This document shows positions 9,139 through 18,043 of a DNA stretch of 64,000 bases, piece by piece. This DNA comes from Acidimicrobiia bacterium. GTDB taxonomy: Bacteria; Actinomycetota; Acidimicrobiia; Spongiisociales; UBA11373. The stretch spans positions 186,001 to 250,000 of the forward strand of contig JBBDMM010000010.1 in assembly GCA_040878325.1 (NCBI GenBank). The letters are read 5' to 3'. The position numbers were made by a program, and so were the translations under genes. The notes under the pieces are model-generated. The model searched no databases and was not told the DNA's origin. It saw only the letters and a list, made by a program, of their open reading frames with translations. The first letter of the stretch is position 1, and each line of letters opens with the position of its first letter.

Positions 9139-10607
9139 TCGAGATACGAGGCAGCCTCGACGGGGAGGCGTTCGCCGACGCCGTCGTGTTGGGTGTGGGC
9201 GCCAACAAGGCACTCGACGATGCGGGGCGCTGGGTCGCGGAACGGATGCCCCGTCTGGATCGGCTTATGGACGAAGCCGAGTTCACCGGCAAGCCCGGGC
9301 AGACGCTCTCACTGGCGGGCTCCGGGGACGTTCCCTACAACCGGGTGGTGTTCGTCGGTCTCGGCTCCAAGCCAGACGCCGAGATCATTCGCCGGGCTGC
9401 TGGGTGTGGAGCTCGCTCGCTCCCGAAGGCGGTGATGGTGGCCACCACGCTGCACGCGGTTCCGGTCGATCGAGCAGCCGAGGCGACCGGGCTGGGGTTC
9501 GTTCTCGGCGCCTACACCTTCACCCGTCACAAGACCGATCCAAAGCCTTCGCTAACCACCTCGTTGGTGCTGCTCGGGGCGGATGACGCGTCCGTGGCGG
9601 AGGCACAGTTGGGTCGATCGATCGCCGGGGGAGTCAACCTCGCCCGCGACCTGATCAACACCCCAGCGATGGACAAAGCTCCGGAGGTGCTCGCCCAGGT
9701 AGCCCGCGACCTGGCTGCGCGCGTGGGAATGAATGTCCGGGTGCTCGACGAGAGGGAGATCGCCCAAGAGCGCCTCGGGGGGCTGTTGGGTGTCTCGCTC
9801 GGGTCGACCAAGCCCCCGCGCCTCGTAGAGCTTCGTTACGAACCCAAGGGTGCCAAGGGTTTCGTGGCGTTCGTCGGCAAGGGAATCGTGTTCGATTCGG
9901 GGGGCCTCTCGATCAAGCCCGCCGATGGCATGGAGACCATGAAGACCGACATGTCGGGCGCCGCTGCCGTCTTCGGGGCGATGCAGGTGATCGCCGAGAT
10001 GGGCCTTCCGGTGAGGGTGCTGGGGATCGCCCCACTCACCGAGAACATGCCGAGCGGATCGGCCGTGAGGCCGGGCGACGTCCTCGAGATCCGCAATGGC
10101 AAGACGATCGAGGTGCTCAACACGGATGCCGAGGGGAGGCTCGTTCTCGCCGACGGCCTGTCGCTGGCGGCCGAAGAGAAGCCGGATCTCATCGTCGACA
10201 TCGCCACCCTCACCGGTTCGTGCAAGGCGGCACTGGGGGAAAAGATCGCCGGGCTGTTCGGGGGCGACGACGCTGCAGCCATCGTGTCAGCCGCAGCGGA
10301 GGCGGCGGGCGAGCGCACCTGGCGGCTCCCCCTGCCCGACGACTACCGGAAGCTGATCGACTCGGAGGTCGCCGACATGAAGAACACCGGCGGCAAGTTC
10401 GGTGGGGCGATCACCGCGGCCTTGCTGCTCAAGGAGTTCGTGGGCGACGTGCCGTGGGTCCACCTCGACATCGCCGGCCCCGCCCGAGCGTCCGAAGCCG
10501 AGCACTACATCCCGAAAGGGGCGACGGGATTCGGCGTCCGCACCATGGTCGAGATCGTGCGACGGATGGCCGGTGGCGGCCCCGGCGAATCCCCTGACGG
10601 CGGCTGA
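9135..10607 (+). CDS. pepA: Leucyl aminopeptidase, M17 family
   Basis: VGKGIVFDSGG, MKTDMSGAA, NTDAEGRL, DIATLTG, HLDIAG. Confidence 0.95.
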   Translation: MIEIRGSLDGEAFADAVVLGVGANKALDDAGRWVAERMPRLDRLMDEAEFTGKPGQTLSLAGSGDVPYNRVVFVGLGSKPDAEIIRRAAGCGARSLPKAVMVATTLHAVPVDRAAEATGLGFVLGAYTFTRHKTDPKPSLTTSLVLLGADDASVAEAQLGRSIAGGVNLARDLINTPAMDKAPEVLAQVARDLAARVGMNVRVLDEREIAQERLGGLLGVSLGSTKPPRLVELRYEPKGAKGFVAFVGKGIVFDSGGLSIKPADGMETMKTDMSGAAAVFGAMQVIAEMGLPVRVLGIAPLTENMPSGSAVRPGDVLEIRNGKTIEVLNTDAEGRLVLADGLSLAAEEKPDLIVDIATLTGSCKAALGEKIAGLFGGDDAAAIVSAAAEAAGERTWRLPLPDDYRKLIDSEVADMKNTGGKFGGAITAALLLKEFVGDVPWVHLDIAGPARASEAEHYIPKGATGFGVRTMVEIVRRMAGGGPGESPDGG

Positions 10608-10624
10608 AGTAGCCTGATCGCCTA

Positions 10625-11893
10625 ATGGCTCGCCGCACGCTCGTTGCAGCCGTCCTGCTCGACCTAGCCGCGCTGCTGGTTGCGATGGAGATCGCCTCAC
10701 TCGTCATCTTCGGCGATCCAATCCCGTGGCGGGCGCGGCCACAGTCGGGCACGATGCTCGCTTCGATTGTCGGCGGGGCATTGCTCGGGCTCTTCATCGC
10801 CTTCCGTCCGGCGGCCACCGGAGTCCACCGCCCCTCGTACGGGCGTGCCCTGTCGATGTCGTTGATCACGCTCGCGACGGCGTCCGTCGGCCTGGTGTTC
10901 TTCCGGGGCTTCTGGTCCCGGGGGTTCGTGCTCGTCACGGTCACCGCGTGGCTCGGGATCGGGCTGATCCATCGTTGGATTCGGCGTCGACGGCCATGGA
11001 CGGAGACCCTGGTGCTGGTCACGTCCGAGAAGGCACTCGTCGAGGACCTGCTGGCGGCTCCCCACGCCGATATCGCTTCTGTGCTCGATCCGTCCGGTAT
11101 CGCGCCGGATCGGCTGGTCCCCGGCGCCACACTGGCGGTGGACCTGCGCTCGGTGCTGAGCGACGAGATGGCCCGCTTCGTGTCGTCCTGCAATCTCGCC
11201 GGCCTTCCGGTGCGGTCGATGACTTCTGCCTACGAGGATCACACGGGCCGGCTGCCCATCGTTCACCTGCACGAAGGTTGGGAGTTGACGGTGCCGTTGT
11301 CGGGCCGCACGTTGTATGTGCAGGTCAAGCGGATCGTCGACACTGCCCTGGTCCTCGTCACTCTCCCGCTCTCCCTCGTCCTGGGTTCTCTGATCGCTCT
11401 GGCCATCAAGATCGAATCGCGCGGCCCGGCGATCTACCGACAGGAGCGCATCGGGCTCGAGGGCAAGCCATTCCGGCTCTACAAGTTCAGGACCATGCAG
11501 GTCGCCGAGGACCAATCGGCGCGGTTTGCAGAACGGGGTGACGGTCGGCTGACCCGGGTGGGGAGGGTGTTACGGCGCGTCCGCATCGACGAGCTCCCTC
11601 AGCTGTGGAACGTGCTGCGGGGCGACCTGAGCCTGGTCGGTCCCCGGCCCGAGCAGGAGCCGTTCGTGAAGGTGTTCTCCGAGTCGATTCCCTTCTACAT
11701 GCACCGGCATCTGGTTCGCCCTGGTCTCACGGGGTGGGCTCAGGTGAACTTCGGGTACGCCGACAACGAGGCGGACACGGTAGAGAAGCTCTCGTTCGAC
11801 CTCTACTACGTGAAGCACCTGTCGGTGTGGCTCGATCTCGAGATCCTCGGCCGGTCGGTGTGGACGGTGGTGTCGGGCTTCGGGGCTCGCTGA
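10625..11893 (+). CDS. Polyprenyl glycosylphosphotransferase (priming sugar transferase)
   Basis: N-terminal TM segments; KRIVD, YKFRTM, RIDELPQLWNVLRGDLSLVGPRPE, PGLTGWAQV. Confidence 0.93.
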   Translation: MARRTLVAAVLLDLAALLVAMEIASLVIFGDPIPWRARPQSGTMLASIVGGALLGLFIAFRPAATGVHRPSYGRALSMSLITLATASVGLVFFRGFWSRGFVLVTVTAWLGIGLIHRWIRRRRPWTETLVLVTSEKALVEDLLAAPHADIASVLDPSGIAPDRLVPGATLAVDLRSVLSDEMARFVSSCNLAGLPVRSMTSAYEDHTGRLPIVHLHEGWELTVPLSGRTLYVQVKRIVDTALVLVTLPLSLVLGSLIALAIKIESRGPAIYRQERIGLEGKPFRLYKFRTMQVAEDQSARFAERGDGRLTRVGRVLRRVRIDELPQLWNVLRGDLSLVGPRPEQEPFVKVFSESIPFYMHRHLVRPGLTGWAQVNFGYADNEADTVEKLSFDLYYVKHLSVWLDLEILGRSVWTVVSGFGAR

Positions 11894-11896
11894 CCG

Positions 11897-13138
11897 TCAG
11901 GCGGTTGACCTCGAGCTCCTGACGATCATCGTCACGATCAGGGCGAAGGCGACGGCTTCACCGACGAGAAAGCCGGCACCCACCCGGGCGCTGGGGCTTC
12001 CCTCGGCGACCATCACTGTGAGGGAAGCCGCCGCCAGTCCGAAGGCCCAGGAGACGGCGAGCTTCCCTGTCGCCCGCATCGCGATGAGGATCTGCTGGGC
12101 GAAGAGGGCGATCGTTGCGATGGCGACGCCGGCAGCGGCATAGGCGGCGAGGGTCGCGGTTGGTCGGAACACTTCGCCGAGGAGGAACGCCACCAGGTCG
12201 GGTCCCACCGCCCGACCCACCGCGTAGCCGAGCGCCCCGCCGACTGCTCCGAGTGCGCCGAGGCGCCATGCCCAAAGGCGGATCGTTGCCTGATTTCCAC
12301 TCTGCACGAAGCGGGTGAAGGGGGGAAGGACCCGGGCGATGAGGCTGTAGGAGACGGTCAGCGGCGCCCGAAACAGCAGGAACGTTTCGAAAAAGACGCT
12401 GACTTCTGCCGACGATGCCCGGAGAGCGCCGACGACCAGGGGACCGGCGGCAACGATCGTCTGCGATGCGGCGTTGGCGGCAACGAACGTCGCCAGCCCC
12501 GAGCCGGAACCCCGGGAGTTCTCCCCGGTGCGGCGGAACGGCTCCGCACGGAACGGCAGCCAGATCCACACCACCAGCGAACCGGCGACCAGCGTCCAGC
12601 CGAGCCCTACCGCGCCGACCCCAACGGCCAGCAGGGTCGCGGCTAGAACCAGGCGGAACACCGATTCGGCCAGGGTCGAGAGCCCGTACTCCTTGAAGCG
12701 GCGGTGCCCGGCAAGCATGCCCCGGGCGAGCGCGAATCCGCCATAGCCCGCGATGAGGGCGGCGATTATCACGAGGTAGGTGGTTTCGCCGTGGAGCAGC
12801 CGGTCGAGCGCCAGCGCAGTGAAACCCGTGGAGACGATCACCGAAAGGACGATCACGCCAATGAACAGCCGCCAGGGCCCGGCGTCGGGATCATCCGAGC
12901 TCAACCGGCGGATCGTCAGCTGCTCCATGGGCACGAACACGATGGTCAGCACGAGAAACTGGATGGTCCACAGGACAGTGATCGGGGCGAATTCGGTGGG
13001 GCCAAGGGCTCGGCCCGCGATCAGTTGGAACAGGTAGGCGGAGAGCGCGGCCACCAGGGTGCCGACGACCATATAGGCGGTGCCCGAGCCAGGGGCTCGG
13101 GCGGCGAGGGGCGAGGTCGTGTCGGTGGGGTCGGTCAT
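11897..13138 (-). CDS. Polysaccharide flippase-like (Wzx/MOP) membrane protein
   Basis: About 12 TM segments; GRALGPTEF N-terminal pattern; adjacent to sugar transferase. Confidence 0.75.
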   Translation of the reverse strand: MTDPTDTTSPLAARAPGSGTAYMVVGTLVAALSAYLFQLIAGRALGPTEFAPITVLWTIQFLVLTIVFVPMEQLTIRRLSSDDPDAGPWRLFIGVIVLSVIVSTGFTALALDRLLHGETTYLVIIAALIAGYGGFALARGMLAGHRRFKEYGLSTLAESVFRLVLAATLLAVGVGAVGLGWTLVAGSLVVWIWLPFRAEPFRRTGENSRGSGSGLATFVAANAASQTIVAAGPLVVGALRASSAEVSVFFETFLLFRAPLTVSYSLIARVLPPFTRFVQSGNQATIRLWAWRLGALGAVGGALGYAVGRAVGPDLVAFLLGEVFRPTATLAAYAAAGVAIATIALFAQQILIAMRATGKLAVSWAFGLAAASLTVMVAEGSPSARVGAGFLVGEAVAFALIVTMIVRSSRSTA

Positions 13139-13211
13139 TGAGGGAGCGCTGTCGTCAGCGAAACCGGAGCGTAATCCGGGGTTGTCCGATTACTGAATAG
13201 GCTGCGTCGCC

Positions 13212-14624
13212 GTGGACATCATCGAACGCCCCCTCGAGCCAGTTCAGCGCGATCGCTCGCGGTGGTGGTGGCTCTTTCTGGTGTTCACCGCGGTGCCTTT
13301 GATCATCTGGTGGGTGGCGTGGTATCCGGGAATCCTGTCCATCGAATCACTGACGCAGCTTGCCGAGGTCGACTCCGCCGACTTCACCAACGAGATCCCA
13401 GCGATCCATTCGATCCTGGTGTGGCTCATCACTCGCATCTGGGATTCGCCGGCAGCAGTGACGCTGGTACAGGTGGCCGCGATGGTGGCGCTGCTCGGCG
13501 CGTACATCAGGCGGAGCCATGGCGTCGGCGTCCCGTGGTGGCTGGGGGGCATCACGATCCTGGTGTTCGGATGGCTCCCCGCCGTCGGGGCCACCACGAT
13601 CGCCCTCGAAGTACAGGTTGCCCAGACCCTCGTCGCCATCTGGGTGCTCGTCGAGTTGATGGCGCTTGCGCCCGATTCCGTCCGCTACCTGCGGGATCCG
13701 TGGGCCTTGGCCCGCCTGAGTACTGCCCTGGGGATGGCCTGGTTGTTCGACCACGCAGGTCTGGTGGTGGTGGTCCTGGTGTTTGGCGCCCTCGCATTGG
13801 GTTTCCGGCGGTCCGTCGGGTTGCTGGGGGCGCCGGTCGCGGGAGCGGTGGCACTTTTCCTCCTCGTCCAGGGCCCGCTGTACGCGGCGTTCTCGGTGGA
13901 TCGCGCGGTGGCACCTCTCGGTGAGGCGTACGCCCCGGAGGTCGCCGCGGTATATCACCATGATGCTGGCTGGTTCAGCGACGCCGACCTGGCGTTGCTC
14001 GCCGCGGTGGCCGATCTCGAGGTGTGGGACGCCGCCTACACCTGTGTCGATGGCGCGGCCCTGATCGGCGACCGCGAGTTCGACACCTTGGTGATCCGGG
14101 CCGACCCCGGGGCCTACCGCGGGTTGCTGTTCAGGGCCGCTGGCTCGCACCCGACCACCGTCGCCGGTCATCGGTGGTGCGCTGCCGGGGTGCTGTTGGT
14201 GCCCGGACAGCCCTTTGGCGAGAGATTCTCGACCTACGTCTACAACGTCCCCCCCAACGAGTTGGGAATCGTCCGGGACTCACTGTGGGTGCCGGGGTTC
14301 AACGCCACCAAGGCGATTTTGGTGCGCACCGATCAGCCCGACCGACTCTGGATGTTCTGGCGGGCAGGCACCATCGTGTGGCCCGCACTGGCGGGTATCG
14401 CCGCCCTGGCCGTGCGGCGAAGGCACTTGGCATGGCCGGGGCTGGCGCTCGTCGCGTTCTTGGTCCTGGCAGTGCTGACGGTGAGAGAGCCGTCCTTCAG
14501 GGAGTCGTTCGCGGTGTACTCCCTGTCGTTGCTGAGCCTCCCGCTGTGGTGGTCGGCGTTCCGTGAGGCCAGGACCCGCAGCACCGGCCCACCCGGAGGC
14601 GAACCGGTCAGCGACAGTCGGTGA
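13212..14624 (+). CDS. Polytopic membrane protein, GT-C-like (DUF6020-like)
   Basis: YPGILSIESLTQ after first TM; multiple TMs and one large extracytoplasmic loop. Confidence 0.6.
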   Translation: MDIIERPLEPVQRDRSRWWWLFLVFTAVPLIIWWVAWYPGILSIESLTQLAEVDSADFTNEIPAIHSILVWLITRIWDSPAAVTLVQVAAMVALLGAYIRRSHGVGVPWWLGGITILVFGWLPAVGATTIALEVQVAQTLVAIWVLVELMALAPDSVRYLRDPWALARLSTALGMAWLFDHAGLVVVVLVFGALALGFRRSVGLLGAPVAGAVALFLLVQGPLYAAFSVDRAVAPLGEAYAPEVAAVYHHDAGWFSDADLALLAAVADLEVWDAAYTCVDGAALIGDREFDTLVIRADPGAYRGLLFRAAGSHPTTVAGHRWCAAGVLLVPGQPFGERFSTYVYNVPPNELGIVRDSLWVPGFNATKAILVRTDQPDRLWMFWRAGTIVWPALAGIAALAVRRRHLAWPGLALVAFLVLAVLTVREPSFRESFAVYSLSLLSLPLWWSAFREARTRSTGPPGGEPVSDSR

Positions 14625-16725
14625 AGCTCTCGAGTCCGACAGTGCCAGCGAGGGTGCGCCTGGTTTCGGAGCCGACGACCCCATCGATCATCAGACTGCT
14701 CCCCTTCTGGAAAACCTTCAGCGCCTTCTCGGTCTGCGGGCCGAATACCCCATCGGCGGAGCCGGGGTTGTATCCGATGAGCTTGAGGAAGTGCTGGAGT
14801 TGGCGCACGTCTGACCCCGAGACACCCGCCTTGAGAACCCGGGCCTCGAGACGGAGGAATTCCGCGTACTGGGCCGCGGTGGCGATGGTGGCGACCTCGG
14901 ATCGCGTAATGCTGCCCACGATGCCATCCGCCGGGAGATTGCGGGATGTCTGGAACTTCCTCACGGCGTTCACCGTCTTCGACCCGTAGACACCGTCGAC
15001 GGGACCGGGGGCGTAGCCGATCGCCTTGAGGAACGCTTGGAGCTCCCTGACCGATCGACCCGAGGCGCCGGCCCACAGGACCACCTGCTGGCGGACGAGG
15101 CTGTCGACCACAGGTGGCGCGATGCACGCCGTGGTGGTCCCGCCGGAGGGTGAGGTCGTCACGGTGGTGGCGGGCGCGGTCGTCGAAGTCGTGGTGGGGA
15201 CGGGCAGTGTGGTCGCGCCCGCAGTGGTTGTCGTCACCGCCGGCACCGTTGTGGTGGTGGGGAGGGACGGCACCGTCGTGGTGGTGGGGAAAGGCGGTTC
15301 GGTAGTGGTGGTGGTCGTCGGGAAAGTGGGGAGTGTCACCGGCGATGTCGTCGTCGTGGTCGTGGTCGTGGTCGTGGGCGGCGGGCTGGGCGGCGCCGGC
15401 GTGGCGCACCCCGTGGGCGCTCCACCATCCGAGACCGAGATCACCTGCATCGATCGGAGGCTCAGGATCCCGCGCAGGTCCCTCGTCTTGTAGGCCCGGG
15501 GCCCGCCGGACCCGTAGAAGGTGATCTCGAGGGCGGCACCGGTGGTCGAGCACTTGGTGATCGCCAGCCCGGTGACGGAGGTCATCCCGGGGAGCAGGGA
15601 GGCGAGCTGGCTTCCGGAGAACTGACGGGTCCACCGGGCGTGCGAGTTGCCGACCTCGGGCAGCTGGCTCCAATGGTCATCGACCGAGCGCAGGTAAGGC
15701 GCCGAGCTGGAGAACCCGTCTTCGGAGTTCTCGGTCCAGCCGAAGGTGCTGGAGGAGTAGTAGGTGGGAATCGGGGTGAGCTGACCGCCAACCTTCACCG
15801 ACGGGTGGGTCATCACCTTTCCTTCGGTGTTCCGAACGGCGTCGATCCATGCCTGGGTCCCATGCCCCCAGCCGACATAGCTCTGGTCCACGGTCGTGTC
15901 GTAAAGCGAGCACCAGCACCAGGGTCGATCCTCCGGCGCGGCCCGGGCAATGATCTTCGAGTATGCGTAGGACCGGGCCGCCACCGCCTGGGCCTCGAGC
16001 GCCGCCATTCCTCCCGAGTTGCCCCAGTAGTAGGGCATCTCGGAGATGCCGAGGATGTAGTCCTCGATGCCGAGCTCGACGGAGAGATTCACCGTGTTGG
16101 TGTTGTTGTCTGGTCGGATCCGGAGCCCACCGCGGGAGTAAGTGCATGGCTGCGCCCGGCTGCCGGTGGTGAGATTCCAATTCATGAGTGTGCAGCCATC
16201 GAGGATCACGCCCGCGGTTGGCGAGTCGGCAAAACCGTCCCATTCGGCGTCGATGGTGCAAGGGCCGGTGAAGCTCCCGCCCGGAGCGTCGACACGGCAG
16301 CTCCCCCCGTTGAGGCGGGTGACGGTCACGATCTGGCCCGCGCTTGCGGCGACCGAGCCGGCAGTGGAGGTGAAGGTCACGGGGGAGTTGGGTGCCGCCC
16401 CGATCGAGCGAACCGTCAGCGAGAGCACCTGCCGCTCCATCGTCAGATTCACCCAGATGGGCTCGTTCCCCAGGGCAGGGGACACGTTGCCGGGAGTGGC
16501 GCCGGTGAAGTAGTGAGACATGATCTCCTGCCATGAGTAGCCGGCGCGGGCCATCCCGTAGGCGCCGAACTGGCTCATGCCGACCGAATGCCCGAACCCA
16601 CCACCTTCGAGGGTGAACGTAGGCGCGGCGCGGGCGGGTAGTGCCGGCAACAGCGCAAACACGATGGCGACCGCCCCGGCCACCAATATGCGGCGCTGCA
16701 ACGACGGCGAGTAGCCATCATGCAT
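14608..16725 (-). CDS. Secreted SpoIID/LytB-domain cell-wall hydrolase with Thr/Pro linker and two peptidoglycan-binding domains
   Basis: Signal peptide; GGGFGHSVGMSQFGA, ALEAQAVAARSYA, YSSS; PTTTT linker; two VxxLQxxL..GY.PG..DG.(Y/F)G..T domains. Confidence 0.88.
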   Translation of the reverse strand: MHDGYSPSLQRRILVAGAVAIVFALLPALPARAAPTFTLEGGGFGHSVGMSQFGAYGMARAGYSWQEIMSHYFTGATPGNVSPALGNEPIWVNLTMERQVLSLTVRSIGAAPNSPVTFTSTAGSVAASAGQIVTVTRLNGGSCRVDAPGGSFTGPCTIDAEWDGFADSPTAGVILDGCTLMNWNLTTGSRAQPCTYSRGGLRIRPDNNTNTVNLSVELGIEDYILGISEMPYYWGNSGGMAALEAQAVAARSYAYSKIIARAAPEDRPWCWCSLYDTTVDQSYVGWGHGTQAWIDAVRNTEGKVMTHPSVKVGGQLTPIPTYYSSSTFGWTENSEDGFSSSAPYLRSVDDHWSQLPEVGNSHARWTRQFSGSQLASLLPGMTSVTGLAITKCSTTGAALEITFYGSGGPRAYKTRDLRGILSLRSMQVISVSDGGAPTGCATPAPPSPPPTTTTTTTTTTSPVTLPTFPTTTTTTEPPFPTTTTVPSLPTTTTVPAVTTTTAGATTLPVPTTTSTTAPATTVTTSPSGGTTTACIAPPVVDSLVRQQVVLWAGASGRSVRELQAFLKAIGYAPGPVDGVYGSKTVNAVRKFQTSRNLPADGIVGSITRSEVATIATAAQYAEFLRLEARVLKAGVSGSDVRQLQHFLKLIGYNPGSADGVFGPQTEKALKVFQKGSSLMIDGVVGSETRRTLAGTVGLESFTDCR

Positions 16726-16760
16726 ACCCTCCGCATCGGAGGGTCTCTTGGGTGGGTTGA

Positions 16761-17525
16761 CTAGTTTCTTTGGGTGGTGACGAGCCGCGCCACCAGATCA
16801 GGGACCACCTCGCCGGCGGCCCCTTCGACGATCACCGTCGCCAGGTCGTCGAGCTCGGTGGGTCCCCGGTTGACGATCACCATCGGATGGCCCGCCTCGA
16901 CGACCTCGATGGGGAACGAGGCGGCGGGGAATACCGAAAGCGTGGAACCGATGGCGAGAACCCCGTCGGCATCGCCCGTGGCGATGGTGGCTCGCATCAG
17001 CGCTCTACGGGGCAGAGCCTCACCGAAGAAGACCACCGCCACCTTGAGGATGCCCCCGCAAAGGAGACATGCGGGATCGTCCTCCCCGGCGGAGACGCGT
17101 GCGGCGACGACCGCGGTCGCCTGGCCATCGCCGCAATCGAGGCAGACGGTCTCGCCGGCGTTTCCGTGGAGTTCGATCACCATGTCCTCCGGGAGGCCGG
17201 CCGCCTGATGGAGCCCGTCGATGTTCTGGGTGATGCACGCCTCCATCAGATCCGCCCGCCACAGGTCGACGATCGCCCGGTGAGCCGCGTTGGGAACGGC
17301 CCCGAGCACGCCGGACGCGGTTCGCATCCTCCACGACGCCCGCCGGGTCTCGGGGTTCTCGAGATAGCGGGAGTAGGTGAACTCTTCGGGATCTACCTTG
17401 GTCCAGACCCCCTCGGGCCCGCGAAAATCCGGGATGCCCGATTCGGTAGAGATCCCCGCTCCGGTGAAGACGAGGAGTCGACGGCAATCGAGGAGAGCCG
17501 CGGCCGCGGCGAGAGCCTGCACCAC
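16761..17525 (-). CDS. cobB: Sir2-family NAD-dependent deacylase
   Basis: TGAGISTESGIPDFR, TQNIDGLH, ELHG, two CxxC, VFFGE. Confidence 0.93.
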   Translation of the reverse strand: MVQALAAAAALLDCRRLLVFTGAGISTESGIPDFRGPEGVWTKVDPEEFTYSRYLENPETRRASWRMRTASGVLGAVPNAAHRAIVDLWRADLMEACITQNIDGLHQAAGLPEDMVIELHGNAGETVCLDCGDGQATAVVAARVSAGEDDPACLLCGGILKVAVVFFGEALPRRALMRATIATGDADGVLAIGSTLSVFPAASFPIEVVEAGHPMVIVNRGPTELDDLATVIVEGAAGEVVPDLVARLVTTQRN

Positions 17526-17543
17526 CCTCCGATCGTAGGGCGG

Positions 17544-17972
17544 TCAGCCTTCCAGCAGCCTCCGGTATTCGGCGCGGAGAGCCGGGTGGAGCCGGCGCAA
17601 CTGGCTCGCCCCGAGGTACGGCACCCGCGGCCTCACCAATACGATCGGCCCCTCGCGTTCGATCAACCCCTCGGCGGCGAGGATGCCGAGATGGAGGGGC
17701 TCCCGCAGCCTTCGCCCGCTTCGGGTCGCGGCGATGAGTCGGAGGAGGTCGGCGACCGCGCCCGGTCCGACGATGGCGGTCCAGAATCGCCGAACCGCCG
17801 GGTCGGGTGGCTCGTGCCCGGGTGTGTCGTGCTCGAAAGCCAGGGCGGCGATGATCGGCCGGGGGAGGGCGGTGGGGCGGAAGGCCGTCGTGGTGCCCGG
17901 GGCTGGCGCGGCTTCCATCTCGATGGGAGGACGGGCATCTCGACGGAGGATCCCGGGCACCACGGCGGTCAT
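17544..17972 (-). CDS. Hypothetical protein, possibly DNA-binding
   Basis: 142-aa ORF filling the gap co-directionally; RRFWTAIVGPGA and basic C-terminus. Confidence 0.65.
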   Translation of the reverse strand: MTAVVPGILRRDARPPIEMEAAPAPGTTTAFRPTALPRPIIAALAFEHDTPGHEPPDPAVRRFWTAIVGPGAVADLLRLIAATRSGRRLREPLHLGILAAEGLIEREGPIVLVRPRVPYLGASQLRRLHPALRAEYRRLLEG

Positions 17973-18043
17973 GTCAGGTTGATATCAAATAACAGCAGTT
18001 GAATGCAATAGCATCGACTAGGAGCGCGAAATGATTCCCTGCG

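Noticed and set aside
15130..15400. Low-complexity GTG/GTC repeats
   Set aside because: Explained by the Thr/Pro linker of the SpoIID-domain protein
16726..16744. Hairpin ACCCTCCG-cat-CGGAGGGT as a riboswitch for the SpoIID-domain gene
   Set aside because: Single stem with no aptamer features; more simply a terminator for the sirtuin gene
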